Assembly (NCBI GenBank): GCA_943789035.1
Contig: CALSSO010000007.1
Span: 109,319-173,318 of the forward strand
Direction of reading: 5' to 3'
Length of the DNA stretch: 64,000 nt
Origin: an uncultured Flavobacteriaceae bacterium
Lineage (GTDB): Bacteria > Bacteroidota > Bacteroidia > Flavobacteriales > Flavobacteriaceae
The translations under genes and the position numbers were made by a program. The number at the start of each line of letters is the position of its first letter. Within the stretch, counting starts at the first letter, position 1. The notes beneath the pieces are model-generated. The model was given only the letters and a program-made list of their open reading frames with translations. It searched no databases and was not told the DNA's origin. Below are positions 20,405-30,367 of the stretch, in pieces.

Positions 20405-20431
20405 ATAGCGCGGATTTGTAATCCGTGCTAT
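20405..20431. repeat. REP-like palindrome
   Basis: ATAGCGCGGAT-TTGTA-ATCCGTGCTAT hairpin directly after the terminator. Confidence 0.5.
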
Positions 20432-20488
20432 ACTTTTTTGATGAGGATAGAGCCACGAATTAACTCATAAAAATACTACCTTTGTGGC

Positions 20489-20752
20489 ATGGGATTAAAC
20501 AACAACGATATATTCAAAAAACTTAGAGTCGCTCATAAATTAAGAGATGACGATATTGTAAAAATTTGCAGCTTAAAAGATTTTAAAATCACCAAAAGTG
20601 AACTAAATGCGATTTTTAGAAACGAAACCCACCCAAAATACATGGAATGTGGCGATCAGTTTTTACGTAATTTTTTAGATGGACTCATCATTCACTTAAG
20701 AGGTCCCATGCCCCCAAAGGGCTCAAAACCCACCCCCGTTTCTAAAAAATAG
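20489..20752 (+). CDS. DUF1456 family protein
   Basis: NNDIFKKLRVA...CGDQFLRNFLDGLIIHLRG. Confidence 0.85.
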   Translation: MGLNNNDIFKKLRVAHKLRDDDIVKICSLKDFKITKSELNAIFRNETHPKYMECGDQFLRNFLDGLIIHLRGPMPPKGSKPTPVSKK

Positions 20753-20785
20753 TCCAGGTGAAACTAGAAAAATTTCTTGAGAAAA

Positions 20786-20810
20786 GTAACAAATCATTCA
20801 ATTGACCGAC
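20786..20810 (+). promoter_or_regulatory. Candidate ECF-sigma autoregulatory promoter
   Basis: GTAAC-N16-CGAC just upstream of the ECF gene. Confidence 0.55.
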
Positions 20811-20831
20811 TAACCTATAAAACCAACCAAT

Positions 20832-21320
20832 TTGACATCAGAAAGTAATTTTGTAGAACTGTTGCAAAAGCACCAAAATATTGTGCATAAAATTTGCAGG
20901 CTTTACACTAATGATCCTGATGCCCATAAAGATTTGTTTCAAGAAATCACCATTCAGTTATGGAAAGCGTACCCCAAATTTAGAGGCGATTCAAAATTTA
21001 GTACTTGGATGTATCGCGTGGGGCTAAATACCTCTATCACCTTGTACCGAAAATCCATGAGACGAGTCGAAAGTCAGCGTATTGAACCTGTAGCCTATAA
21101 ACTTTCTTATGAAGAATATGATGACACCAAGGACGAACAACTGAAAATGATTTATGCAGCTGTTCACAAACTAAACGACATAGAAAAAGCAATTGTTTTT
21201 CTGTATTTGGAAAACAAAAATTATAAAGAAATTAGTGAAACACTGGGAATTAGCGAAGTTAATGCACGTGTTCGAATGAACCGTATTAAAACAAAACTAA
21301 AAACTCAGTTAAACTCTTAG
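20832..21320 (+). CDS. ECF RNA polymerase sigma factor
   Basis: Region 2 (DLFQEITIQLWK, FSTWMYRV) and region 4 (YKEISETLGISEVNARVR); TTG start. Confidence 0.92.
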   Translation: MTSESNFVELLQKHQNIVHKICRLYTNDPDAHKDLFQEITIQLWKAYPKFRGDSKFSTWMYRVGLNTSITLYRKSMRRVESQRIEPVAYKLSYEEYDDTKDEQLKMIYAAVHKLNDIEKAIVFLYLENKNYKEISETLGISEVNARVRMNRIKTKLKTQLNS

Positions 21321-21322
21321 AT

Positions 21323-21976
21323 ATGGATGAATTAGAGCTATTAAAAAAAGACTGGGAAACGTCTTCTAAAAATTATAGAGAATTCAATAAAGAAGAACTT
21401 TATAAATTAATTTATAAACGTTCCTCATCAATTGTAAAGTGGATTTTTATAATCAGTCTTTTAGAATTTGGATTTTGGACACTTATTTCTTTAGGTTTTA
21501 ATGGCAGTGAAGACTTAAAGAAAATACAAAGTTATGATGTGAATTACATCCTCTACCCTCTTACAATATTAGGCTATGTTGTGTTGATTTATTTCTTTTA
21601 TGTATTTTATAAAAACTACAAAACTATTTCAGCGACAGACAACACAAAAATGTTAATGGAACGCATTTTAAAAACCCGTAGAACAGTAAGACACTACGTG
21701 ATTTTTAATCTTGTTTTTATGTGTATCTCTATCGTTATAGGGGTATATATAGAGTTGACAAACAATCCAGAAGTTCAAATTCTACTCAACAGAATTGAAT
21801 CGGAAGGCGATGGTAACATTACAGTATTCTATCTAATTGTTGTGGGATTAAGTATCGTAGCAATGGCTCTTGTTTCAGCGGTTTTAATTGGGTTCTACTA
21901 TTTAATTTATGGACTTTTATTGAAACGTTTAAAATCGAATTACAAAGATTTAAAAGAATTGGAAACAGAGTCTTAG
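21323..21976 (+). CDS. Four-TM membrane protein, putative anti-sigma factor
   Basis: MDELELLKKDW N-terminus, about 4 TM helices, 2 nt after the sigma gene. Confidence 0.65.
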   Translation: MDELELLKKDWETSSKNYREFNKEELYKLIYKRSSSIVKWIFIISLLEFGFWTLISLGFNGSEDLKKIQSYDVNYILYPLTILGYVVLIYFFYVFYKNYKTISATDNTKMLMERILKTRRTVRHYVIFNLVFMCISIVIGVYIELTNNPEVQILLNRIESEGDGNITVFYLIVVGLSIVAMALVSAVLIGFYYLIYGLLLKRLKSNYKDLKELETES

Positions 21977-21977
21977 T

Positions 21978-22775
21978 TTACCATTTCCGTTTCGTATTCA
22001 AAGCTTCGTTTTCTAACAATTCTTCCTGAGGGATTACTTTCATAAAAGAGGGGTGTTGCTCAATTGCGTACTCAATTTTTTCTACGATCTGATCAATCGT
22101 CTCCTTTTCATAATCAATTTCCAAAGGGGCTTTAATTTCCATCGTCTGAAGAATATTTTTTTTCTTCACACGGATGCCTTTTTTGTCAAAAGAGCGTCGA
22201 AAACCATCGATAACAATGGGTACAACAATCGGTTTATAATGTTTGATAATATGTGCTGTTCCTTTTCGGATGGGCTTAAAAGGAGTGGTTGTCCCTTGTG
22301 GAAATGTAATCACCCAACCGTCGTTAAGAGCCTTATTAATATTTGAAATATCGCTCATTTTAACCTGTCTATTTACATTCTCCCCAGAAGCACGCCAAGT
22401 TCTTTCAATACTAATTGAGCCGGCATAAGCAAATATTTTTGGAAGCAACCCAGATTTCATTGTTTCTTTAGCCGCTACAAAATAGACATTCAATTTTGGG
22501 TTCCATAAATAACCAACATTTTTAATAGTGTCATTGCGACCACTAAGGGCTGCATTAAATACATGAAACATCGCCATGACATCCGCAAAATAAGTTTGAT
22601 GGTTAGAAATAAACAATACCTTTTGTTCTGGTAAATTTCGTAGAATCTCAGAACCTTCTATTTGAAGTTCATTAAACCCTCTGTAACGTCGGTGGCTCAA
22701 TACACCTGCTATTCGAATGATCCATTTTTTTAAAATCAGAAATTGACCAAAAATATTTTTTTTGAAAAGACCCAT
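21978..22775 (-). CDS. Lysophospholipid acyltransferase (PlsC-like)
   Basis: NHQTYFAD (HX4D) and FPQGT motifs. Confidence 0.88.
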   Translation of the reverse strand: MGLFKKNIFGQFLILKKWIIRIAGVLSHRRYRGFNELQIEGSEILRNLPEQKVLFISNHQTYFADVMAMFHVFNAALSGRNDTIKNVGYLWNPKLNVYFVAAKETMKSGLLPKIFAYAGSISIERTWRASGENVNRQVKMSDISNINKALNDGWVITFPQGTTTPFKPIRKGTAHIIKHYKPIVVPIVIDGFRRSFDKKGIRVKKKNILQTMEIKAPLEIDYEKETIDQIVEKIEYAIEQHPSFMKVIPQEELLENEALNTKRKW

Positions 22776-22806
22776 CTATTGTTTTAAATTGGAATGCAAA
22801 CCTAAG

Positions 22807-23454
22807 CTATTTTTTTAAAACTTGATTTATCATTGTTTTAATTTCTATCAACATCATGGCGGTGGCTCCCCACACAATACGACCACTAAGTTTAAACGCT
22901 GGCACATTATAAATGCTTCCCTCAGCAGTCAATACTTCTGAAAAAACCTCCGATTTTTTGTTAAGAAACTCCGTTAAAGGCACTTCAAGAATGGTCTCAA
23001 CTTCTGATTCCTGAAGCGTAAACGTAAGTGGACTCTCTGCAATCCCTAAAAAAGGAGCTACCAAAAAATTACTTGGTGGAATATAAAGAGATGATAACTC
23101 TCGAAGAACTGTAATTTTATCTGAAGATACACCAATCTCTTCAAAAGTCTCTCGTAGAGCAGTAGCTTCCTTGGAACAATCTTCAGGTTCTGGTTTTCCT
23201 CCAGGAAATCCAACTTGAGCAGAATGCACGCCTTTATACGATTTTCGAACGATTAAAACCATCCGCGTCTCACCTTCAACACTAGGGTAAAATAATGCTA
23301 AAACAGCTGCAAGTTTTGCAGATTTACGTTCTTCTTTGTAACGTTCTAATAATTGTTCACGAAAAGGAGGTGCCATTTGTAACTGTATGTCCAATCCTGG
23401 CAAACTCAATTTATTTATTTCTTGAATCGTTTTTTCAAATGCCTTAAATCTCAT
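22807..23454 (-). CDS. NUDIX hydrolase, CoA pyrophosphatase type
   Basis: HSAQVGFPGG...ALRETFEEIG and VWGATA; ATG at 23454 preferred. Confidence 0.9.
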   Translation of the reverse strand: MRFKAFEKTIQEINKLSLPGLDIQLQMAPPFREQLLERYKEERKSAKLAAVLALFYPSVEGETRMVLIVRKSYKGVHSAQVGFPGGKPEPEDCSKEATALRETFEEIGVSSDKITVLRELSSLYIPPSNFLVAPFLGIAESPLTFTLQESEVETILEVPLTEFLNKKSEVFSEVLTAEGSIYNVPAFKLSGRIVWGATAMMLIEIKTMINQVLKK

Positions 23455-23484
23455 ATCTTTCAAATTAATAAATCTATACGACCC

Positions 23485-24174
23485 ATGCGATTTTTTTTAC
23501 TTTTATATTTAAGTTGTGTTTTGATGTGTTGTGAAGGTAAGAAAACAAATACAATCAAGATCAAAAAAAAGAATCCTCCTAGCATTTCAAAAGAATTGGC
23601 TGCTGAAAAAAAAGAACCAAATTTTCTTCTAAGCGATAAAAATGTTATGGAATTTTTCTTGGACTATGACAAAAAACACAAAGAAAATACGGTTCGAATT
23701 ACCACCGATTTTGGAACCATTGACATCAAATTGTTTGAACAGACTAAATTTCACCGATCCAATTTTATTTACCTTACAAAAAAACAATATTTCAATAATA
23801 CGCAATTTTACAGAGTGGTCAAAAATTTTGTAATTCAAGGAGGAAATAGTGATGACCGAGAAACATCAATAAAGCGACGGAACATTGGAAAATACTTACT
23901 TCCAAATGATTACGACAAAGGATTTAAACACCACCGTGGTATGGTGAGTATGCCGAGCAAAAACATAGAAAACCCATATAAGAAGGCCTCCCCTTTTGAG
24001 TTTTTTATCGTGCAACAACAAGGAGGTGCGCATCATTTAGATGGTGATTATACCATTTTTGGAAACGTAATTCGAGGCATGGAAGTCGTTGATAAAATTG
24101 CAGCCGTTCCGACCGACGCAGCCGATTGGCCGCTTCAAAATGTGTACATCAAAAAAGTTGAAATCTTAAAATAA
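23485..24174 (+). CDS. Cyclophilin-type peptidyl-prolyl isomerase (probable lipoprotein)
   Basis: FYRVVKNFVIQGG and HLDGDYTIFGNV; ATG at 23485 avoids overlap with the NUDIX gene. Confidence 0.88.
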   Translation: MRFFLLLYLSCVLMCCEGKKTNTIKIKKKNPPSISKELAAEKKEPNFLLSDKNVMEFFLDYDKKHKENTVRITTDFGTIDIKLFEQTKFHRSNFIYLTKKQYFNNTQFYRVVKNFVIQGGNSDDRETSIKRRNIGKYLLPNDYDKGFKHHRGMVSMPSKNIENPYKKASPFEFFIVQQQGGAHHLDGDYTIFGNVIRGMEVVDKIAAVPTDAADWPLQNVYIKKVEILK

Positions 24175-24251
24175 TTTTAAATTCACAAGTAAGAATACTA
24201 TTTTTTAATTAAATTGTCAGAATCTTAATCGAACCTTTAAAATCATAAACC

Positions 24252-26390
24252 ATGAATATTAATGTACCAAATTCTTACCTCAAAGTTTTTTGTTTAAGTC
24301 TTATAACCCTTATTGTAAGTTGTAAAAAAGACATGAAAACAACTCATGAAAATCCCTTATTACAAGAATGGAAAGGTCCCTATGGCGGTGTTCCTGCATT
24401 TGACACCATGGATGTTAATGACATTCAAGAAGCTGTCGAAGTGGGAATGAAACTCAATCTTGCTGAGATCGATGCAATTGCAAATTCTACGGAAGCCCCC
24501 ACCTTTGAAAATACCATTGCAGCCATGGAACGCTCCGGAGCAGAATTGGATCGTGTTTTTTCCTATTATGGAATTATGAGTTCCAACATGTCCTCTCCAG
24601 AGTTCAGAGAAATACAAGCAAAACTTGCACCAAAACTATCTGAATTTTCTTCAAAAATCAATCAGAATAAAGCACTTTTTGATCGAATTAAGTCCGTTTA
24701 TGAGGCGTCTTTAGTCACGCCCTTAGATGCCGACCAACAACGGGTTGTAGAACTCACTTATAATGGTTTTGCCATGCGTGGTGCAGAACTAAGTGCTGAT
24801 AAGAAAGCGCGTTACGCAGCCATTGATAAAGAATTATCGACCCTCTACAATACATTTTCAGATAACGTACTTCATGATGAAGAAAATTATGTAACCTATT
24901 TAAATGCCGATCAATTGGATGGACTTTCAGAAGGTTTTATCAAGTCTGCTGCGGCCATTGCCACCGAAAAAGGAAAGGATGGAAGCTATGCAATTACAAA
25001 CACTCGATCTTCAATGGATCCATTTCTAACCTATTCGACAAACAGGGATTTAAGAAAACAAGTATGGACCAATTATTATGCCCGTGGCGATAACGGGGAT
25101 GCGTACGACAACAACAGCATCATTGCTGAGATTTTAAAATTACGTCGTGAACGCGTCGAGCTATTGGGTCATAAAAATTATGCTGAATGGCGTTTACAAG
25201 ATCGCATGGCAAAAACACCCGAGAATGCATTGGCTTTGATGGAAGCCGTTTGGCCAGCATCTATTGCACGTGTTCATGAAGAAGTAGCAGATATGCAAGC
25301 AGTAGCCAATACAAATGGCGATAACATTACTATTGAACCTTGGGATTACCGCTACTATGCCGAAAAAGTGCGGGTGGCAAAATACGATTTAAACAGTGAT
25401 GAAGTAAAACAATACCTTCAACTCGACAAGTTAAGAGATGCGATGTTTTATGTTGCTGGACGTTTATTTAATTATGATTTCACAGCAGTTCCAGAAGGAA
25501 GCGTCCCTGTATTTCATCAAGATGTGAAAGTTTGGGAAGTGACGGATAAAGATACAGGAGACCATATTGGTCTTTGGTATTTAGATCCGTATGCACGTCA
25601 GGGAAAACGTTCTGGAGCATGGGCAACAACCTACAGGAGTCACACCACTTTTGATGGCAAAAAAACAGTTCTGGCTTCCAATAACTCTAACTTTGTAAAA
25701 CCTGCAGAAGGAGAAGCTCTATTAGTTTCTTGGGACGATGCAACCACCTTTTTTCATGAATTTGGACATGCGTTACATTTCTTTTCATCGAATGTAAAAT
25801 ACCCTACTTTGAACGGGGGTGTCAGAGATTATACAGAGTTTCAATCTCAATTGTTGGAACGTTGGTTATCGACTGACGAAGTAATCAATCAATTTTTAGT
25901 GCATTACAAAACAGGAGCTGTAATCCCACAAGAATTGGTTGCAAAAATTAAAAAAGCGGCTACATTTAACCAAGGTTTTGGAACTACCGAATATTTAGCT
26001 TCTGCATTGATGGATATGAAACTTCACCTTGCAGATCCAGAGAATATTGATATTGATGCGTTTGAAAGACAAACCTTAGCAGACCTAAAAATGCCTTCTG
26101 AACTTCCAATGCGTCACCGCACACCACACTTTGGACATGTATTTTCTGGAGAAGGATATGCCACAGCTTACTATGGCTATATGTGGGCAGATGTACTGAC
26201 AGCAGACGCTGCAGAAGCATTTCAAGAAGCACCAGGTGGATTTTATGACAAAGAAGTTGCAAAACGATTGGTGAAATACTTATTTGAACCCAGAAATTCT
26301 ATCGATCCTGCTGAAGCTTACAGACTGTTTAGAGGACGTGATGCTGAAAAAGAAGCCTTGATGCGCGACCGTGGTTTTCCTGTTAACTAA
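24252..26390 (+). CDS. dcp: M3 family peptidase (peptidyl-dipeptidase Dcp-like), lipoprotein
   Basis: KRSGAW, HEFGH and YYGYMWA motifs; lipobox IVSC. Confidence 0.88.
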   Translation: MNINVPNSYLKVFCLSLITLIVSCKKDMKTTHENPLLQEWKGPYGGVPAFDTMDVNDIQEAVEVGMKLNLAEIDAIANSTEAPTFENTIAAMERSGAELDRVFSYYGIMSSNMSSPEFREIQAKLAPKLSEFSSKINQNKALFDRIKSVYEASLVTPLDADQQRVVELTYNGFAMRGAELSADKKARYAAIDKELSTLYNTFSDNVLHDEENYVTYLNADQLDGLSEGFIKSAAAIATEKGKDGSYAITNTRSSMDPFLTYSTNRDLRKQVWTNYYARGDNGDAYDNNSIIAEILKLRRERVELLGHKNYAEWRLQDRMAKTPENALALMEAVWPASIARVHEEVADMQAVANTNGDNITIEPWDYRYYAEKVRVAKYDLNSDEVKQYLQLDKLRDAMFYVAGRLFNYDFTAVPEGSVPVFHQDVKVWEVTDKDTGDHIGLWYLDPYARQGKRSGAWATTYRSHTTFDGKKTVLASNNSNFVKPAEGEALLVSWDDATTFFHEFGHALHFFSSNVKYPTLNGGVRDYTEFQSQLLERWLSTDEVINQFLVHYKTGAVIPQELVAKIKKAATFNQGFGTTEYLASALMDMKLHLADPENIDIDAFERQTLADLKMPSELPMRHRTPHFGHVFSGEGYATAYYGYMWADVLTADAAEAFQEAPGGFYDKEVAKRLVKYLFEPRNSIDPAEAYRLFRGRDAEKEALMRDRGFPVN

Positions 26391-26408
26391 AAAGATAATT
26401 TATGAAAT

Positions 26409-26438
26409 AAAAGCTTATTCAATGGAATAGGCTTTTTT
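26409..26438 (+). terminator. Intrinsic terminator
   Basis: AAAAGCTTATTC-AATG-GAATAGGCTTTTTT. Confidence 0.75.
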
Positions 26439-26519
26439 CTTATACACAGTAAAAAACTATCAAAACAAACTAAGTTAATAGTTTTTATTTATAGCTTTGT
26501 AATCTCAATACCAACGATT

Positions 26520-27458
26520 ATGACCATCACCCAACTCAAATATGTTTTAGCAGTAGCTGAACATCAAAACTTCACAAAAGCAGCTGAAAAGTGTTTTGTT
26601 ACACAACCAACGTTGAGCATGCAAATTCAAAAACTTGAAGACCAATTAGCCATTCAAATTTTTGATCGCAGTAAAAAACCAATCGAATTGACCGAAGTTG
26701 GACGCAAAATTGTAAATCAAGCAAAAAATATTGTCAATGAAGCAGATCGTATTACCGATATTGTGGACCAACAAAAAGGGTTTATTGGAGGGGAGTTTAA
26801 ACTAGGAATCATTCCAACTGTAATGCCAACCCTTTTACCGATGTTTTTAAAATCCTTTATCAAACGTTATCCAAAAATAAAGCTCAAAATAGAGGAACTG
26901 AATACCGATGAAATTATTCAACGTATCAATGATGGACATTTAGACGCTGCCATAGCGGCTACGCCTTTGAAAAATGAACAGATCAAAGAACGTGTGTTAT
27001 TTTATGAACCTTTTGTTGGATACATTCCTAGCAATCATCGGTTGACTTCCAAAAAAACAATAGAGGTTTCGGACTTGGACATTAATGATATGTTGTTATT
27101 AGAGGATGGACATTGTTTTAGAGATGGAGTCCTTAATTTATGTAACGCCAAAAAGACCAAAGATCTTAATGAATTTCAATTGGAAAGTGGAAGTTTTGAA
27201 ATGTTGGTTAAATTAACGAATGAAGGCATGGGAATGACGCTTCTGCCCTATTTACATACCTTAGATTTAAAAGAAAAAGAACAAGAAAAATTACATTATT
27301 TTAGTGAGCCTTCACCCGCAAGAGAAGTCAGTTTGATATACCATAAAAGTGAGTTGAAAATTCAGATTATTGATGCACTTCATAAGATTGTTTCTGGAAT
27401 TATTCGGGGGGCAATTGCATTTCAAAATGTTCAAATTATTAGTCCCATTCCAAAATAA
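26520..27458 (+). CDS. oxyR: Hydrogen-peroxide-inducible LysR regulator OxyR
   Basis: LysR HTH; LLEDGHCFRDGVLNLC carries both redox cysteines; TAGCTTTG promoter at 26492-26499. Confidence 0.9.
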   Translation: MTITQLKYVLAVAEHQNFTKAAEKCFVTQPTLSMQIQKLEDQLAIQIFDRSKKPIELTEVGRKIVNQAKNIVNEADRITDIVDQQKGFIGGEFKLGIIPTVMPTLLPMFLKSFIKRYPKIKLKIEELNTDEIIQRINDGHLDAAIAATPLKNEQIKERVLFYEPFVGYIPSNHRLTSKKTIEVSDLDINDMLLLEDGHCFRDGVLNLCNAKKTKDLNEFQLESGSFEMLVKLTNEGMGMTLLPYLHTLDLKEKEQEKLHYFSEPSPAREVSLIYHKSELKIQIIDALHKIVSGIIRGAIAFQNVQIISPIPK

Positions 27459-27482
27459 AAAAAGTGGCTCCTCGGCCACTTT
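27457..27482. terminator. Terminator between convergent genes
   Basis: A7-GTGGC-TCCTCG-GCCACTTT. Confidence 0.7.
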
Positions 27483-27504
27483 ACAGATTAATTTTATAAA
27501 AAGA

Positions 27505-27699
27505 CTAATTCAAATAAACCATACATTGTTTCAAATCTGGATTGGATGTAACCAAATTTTGAATGAATAATTTTAATTCTTCTATTTCGTATGGCAATAA
27601 ACGTTGAAGTGCTTTTTGAACTTCTTTGCAAAAAAGGGTCGTATCAAAACTCACCTTATTCAGCACCGTTTTGGTGTACTCAAACATTGCTCTTGACAT
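27505..27699 (-). CDS. Small conserved hypothetical protein (64 aa)
   Basis: MSRAMFEYTKTVLNKVSFD...LFCKEVQKA...LLPYEIEELK, a family I recall from Bacteroidota; ATG at 27699. Confidence 0.75.
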   Translation of the reverse strand: MSRAMFEYTKTVLNKVSFDTTLFCKEVQKALQRLLPYEIEELKLFIQNLVTSNPDLKQCMVYLN

Positions 27700-27823
27700 T
27701 CTGTAAAAAATTAAAGTTAATAAAATGTAATGGTGTTGAATAGGCGTGTATTTAATGATAATTTGTCTAAAATTAGTAAAAACTAAAGACACCTCGTAAA
27801 CTTTAACACTATCTTTTGATTTT

Positions 27824-28279
27824 TTATTGTTTCAATTTCAGAGACCACTCGAAGTCAAAAGAAGAGACCTCATCACCAGATGAATCAATGCCATTAGCCG
27901 TTAAAATTAATGTTTGCCCCTCACCAGTAGCAATCGCATTTTGTAAGGCTTGATCTACCAGATTTCCTTGAGTACAAGAGAAAGTGATAACACCTTTTGC
28001 TTTTTTACTGAAAGTGGCATTGTTTTTAATGACCAACATTGATATATTTTTTTGTGCCGCTTGAATTTTCATCATAATCAAAGCCCCCGTAGATAATTCT
28101 GCAGCCATCCCTTGAACTGCCCAAAACATCGATTTAAAAGGATTCTGATTGATCCAACGGTGCTTCACAACCACTACACATTTTTGGGCATCAATTGATT
28201 TTGTCCGCACGCCAGTAAGAAAAGCAGAGGGCAATTTCAAGAGTAAAAAAAGATTGAGTTTTTTTGGTGTAAAGTTCAT
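27824..28279 (-). CDS. DUF4442 hotdog-fold thioesterase-like protein
   Basis: WINQNPFKSMFWAVQGMAAELSTG and FSKKAKG motifs. Confidence 0.8.
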   Translation of the reverse strand: MNFTPKKLNLFLLLKLPSAFLTGVRTKSIDAQKCVVVVKHRWINQNPFKSMFWAVQGMAAELSTGALIMMKIQAAQKNISMLVIKNNATFSKKAKGVITFSCTQGNLVDQALQNAIATGEGQTLILTANGIDSSGDEVSSFDFEWSLKLKQ

Positions 28280-28354
28280 AAGTGCTTCTATAATGATAGC
28301 TAAGATAGGTATTTTTTAAAGATCTAAAATTGTTAATTTTATGTTAAAATATAA

Positions 28355-28394
28355 TACTATGTTATACATAATACCTTTTTATGTATTAGGTTTG
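28355..28394 (+). promoter_or_regulatory. PadR-type operator plus -7 promoter
   Basis: Inverted repeat TACTATGT-TAT-ACATAATA (28355-28373), then TAGGTTTG (28387-28394). Confidence 0.6.
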
Positions 28395-28410
28395 TCACAA
28401 ATTAATCGTA

Positions 28411-28752
28411 ATGAAAATCGAAAACACAAAAGCACAGATGCGAAAAGGTGTTTTGGAATTTTGCATATTGTCCGTCTTAAAAAATAATGACGCCTATGTT
28501 GCCGAAATTCTAAAAACACTCAAAGAAGCAAAAATGCTAGTAGTTGAAGGGACCATTTATCCTCTTCTAACACGGCTGAAAAATTCTGGCTTGCTCAACT
28601 ATAGATGGGAAGAATCTACCACAGGACCTCCAAGAAAATATTATACACTCACTAAAAGTGGCGAACTATTTTTAATTGAATTGACAACCACATGGAATGA
28701 ACTTCACAACGCTGTAAATTTAGTAACCCTCCAAAAAAACACAAAAAAATGA
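28411..28752 (+). CDS. PadR-family transcriptional regulator
   Basis: QMRKGVLEFCIL, EGTIYPLLTRL and GPPRKYYTLT motifs. Confidence 0.93.
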   Translation: MKIENTKAQMRKGVLEFCILSVLKNNDAYVAEILKTLKEAKMLVVEGTIYPLLTRLKNSGLLNYRWEESTTGPPRKYYTLTKSGELFLIELTTTWNELHNAVNLVTLQKNTKK

Positions 28753-30350
28753 ACAAAACTGTAAGCATAAATCTAGCCGGTTGCTTCTTTCATATTGATG
28801 AGGATGCATATCAAAAACTTCAAAATTATTTTGAAGCCATTAAAGCATCACTACACAACACAGAGGAGGCCTCCGAAATTATTGCAGACATAGAAGGGCG
28901 TGTCTCAGAACTGTTTTCAGAACGTATTAGAACAAATCAACAGGTTATATCAAACAAAGAAGTCGATGAGATCATTTCTATTATGGGACAGCCTGAAGAT
29001 TATAAAATAGATGAAGAACCTTTTGAAGAAACTCCTAAAAATGAAAAATCCGACAGTCAAAAAAGACGTTTATTTAGAGATCGAGACAATTCATACATAG
29101 GAGGTGTATCTTCTGGTTTTGGGTATTATTTTGGAATAGACCCACTAATCATAAGACTTTTATGGGTGCTCTTAATTTTTGGAGCAGGAACAGGACTTTT
29201 ATTATATATTATTTTATGGATTTTAATTCCTGCTGCAAATACAACAGCCGAAAAATTATCAATGATGGGAAAGCCCATCAACATTACCAATATTGAAAAA
29301 AAAGTAAAAGAAGAGTTTGGTAATGTTAAAGAGAGCCTGGAGCGCGTTAAAGACAGTGTGAACTCAGGAACTCTCAATGATATGGGGAAAAACATCCAAT
29401 CTAAATCACGTTCATTTTTTGAAACGATTGGGGATCTTATTTTGCTCTTCTTTAAGTTAATTTTCAAGATAATTGGAGTCTTCTTTATAGTTCTAAGTAT
29501 TGTCATCTTAATTGGATTCTTTATCAGCTTATTAACCGTTGGTATTGCAGAGGCCGTACATTTTCCAGGAATGGATTTTGCAGACTTAATCAATTCCTCA
29601 GGCTTACCACTTTGGTTGGTTTCTATTTTAGCACTGTTGATTACTGGAATTCCAATGGTCTTTATTTTAATGTTGGGCTTGCACATGGTTTCCAAACGCA
29701 TGGGAGGATTCAATCGTTATACTAAATTTTCTCTATTTGGCGTTTGGTTCATCGCTTTGATTACACTCATTATATTTAGTTTTAAACAAGCCGCCGATTT
29801 TAGAGTAGATGCGAGTGTCACAGAACAAGCAGAACTGCCAATCACAAGCATGGATACTTTGTATTTAGAAATGAAAGGGAACCCTTTTTATTCAAAATCA
29901 TTTCATCGCAATTCTGAGCTTGAAATCATCTATGATGAAAAGGATAGAAAACGAATATATGGTTCGGATGTAAGACTGATCGTGCAGTCCACAAAAGATT
30001 CTACTGGGACTATTTCAATTGAAAAAAAAGCATCTGGAGTCGATTATTTAAAAGCTAAAGATCGTGCTAAAGCGTTGGATTATAAATATGAATTCAAAAA
30101 TAACACACTCTACTTAGATGGTTTTTTCCTTACAGATACAGAACAAAAATATAGAAGACAGAATATTGAAATTATTATACAACTGCCTATTGAGAGTGTG
30201 TTGTTCGCAGATGAAAACACCTATTCTTACCACAGAAATTCTTCGAGATATAACGATATTTTAGATAATGGAAACGAAGAGCATTATCTAAAAATAGCCC
30301 ATAAATCCATGCAATGCTTGGATTGTCCAAACCTAAATCAAAACCAATAA
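28749..30350 (+). CDS. PspC-domain membrane protein
   Basis: N-terminal helical domain (IIADIEGRVSELF), PspC motif RLFRD...IGGVSSG...YIILWILIP, several TMs and a periplasmic C-terminal domain. Confidence 0.88.
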   Translation: MNKTVSINLAGCFFHIDEDAYQKLQNYFEAIKASLHNTEEASEIIADIEGRVSELFSERIRTNQQVISNKEVDEIISIMGQPEDYKIDEEPFEETPKNEKSDSQKRRLFRDRDNSYIGGVSSGFGYYFGIDPLIIRLLWVLLIFGAGTGLLLYIILWILIPAANTTAEKLSMMGKPINITNIEKKVKEEFGNVKESLERVKDSVNSGTLNDMGKNIQSKSRSFFETIGDLILLFFKLIFKIIGVFFIVLSIVILIGFFISLLTVGIAEAVHFPGMDFADLINSSGLPLWLVSILALLITGIPMVFILMLGLHMVSKRMGGFNRYTKFSLFGVWFIALITLIIFSFKQAADFRVDASVTEQAELPITSMDTLYLEMKGNPFYSKSFHRNSELEIIYDEKDRKRIYGSDVRLIVQSTKDSTGTISIEKKASGVDYLKAKDRAKALDYKYEFKNNTLYLDGFFLTDTEQKYRRQNIEIIIQLPIESVLFADENTYSYHRNSSRYNDILDNGNEEHYLKIAHKSMQCLDCPNLNQNQ

Positions 30351-30367
30351 CCTAAACCTAAATTATC

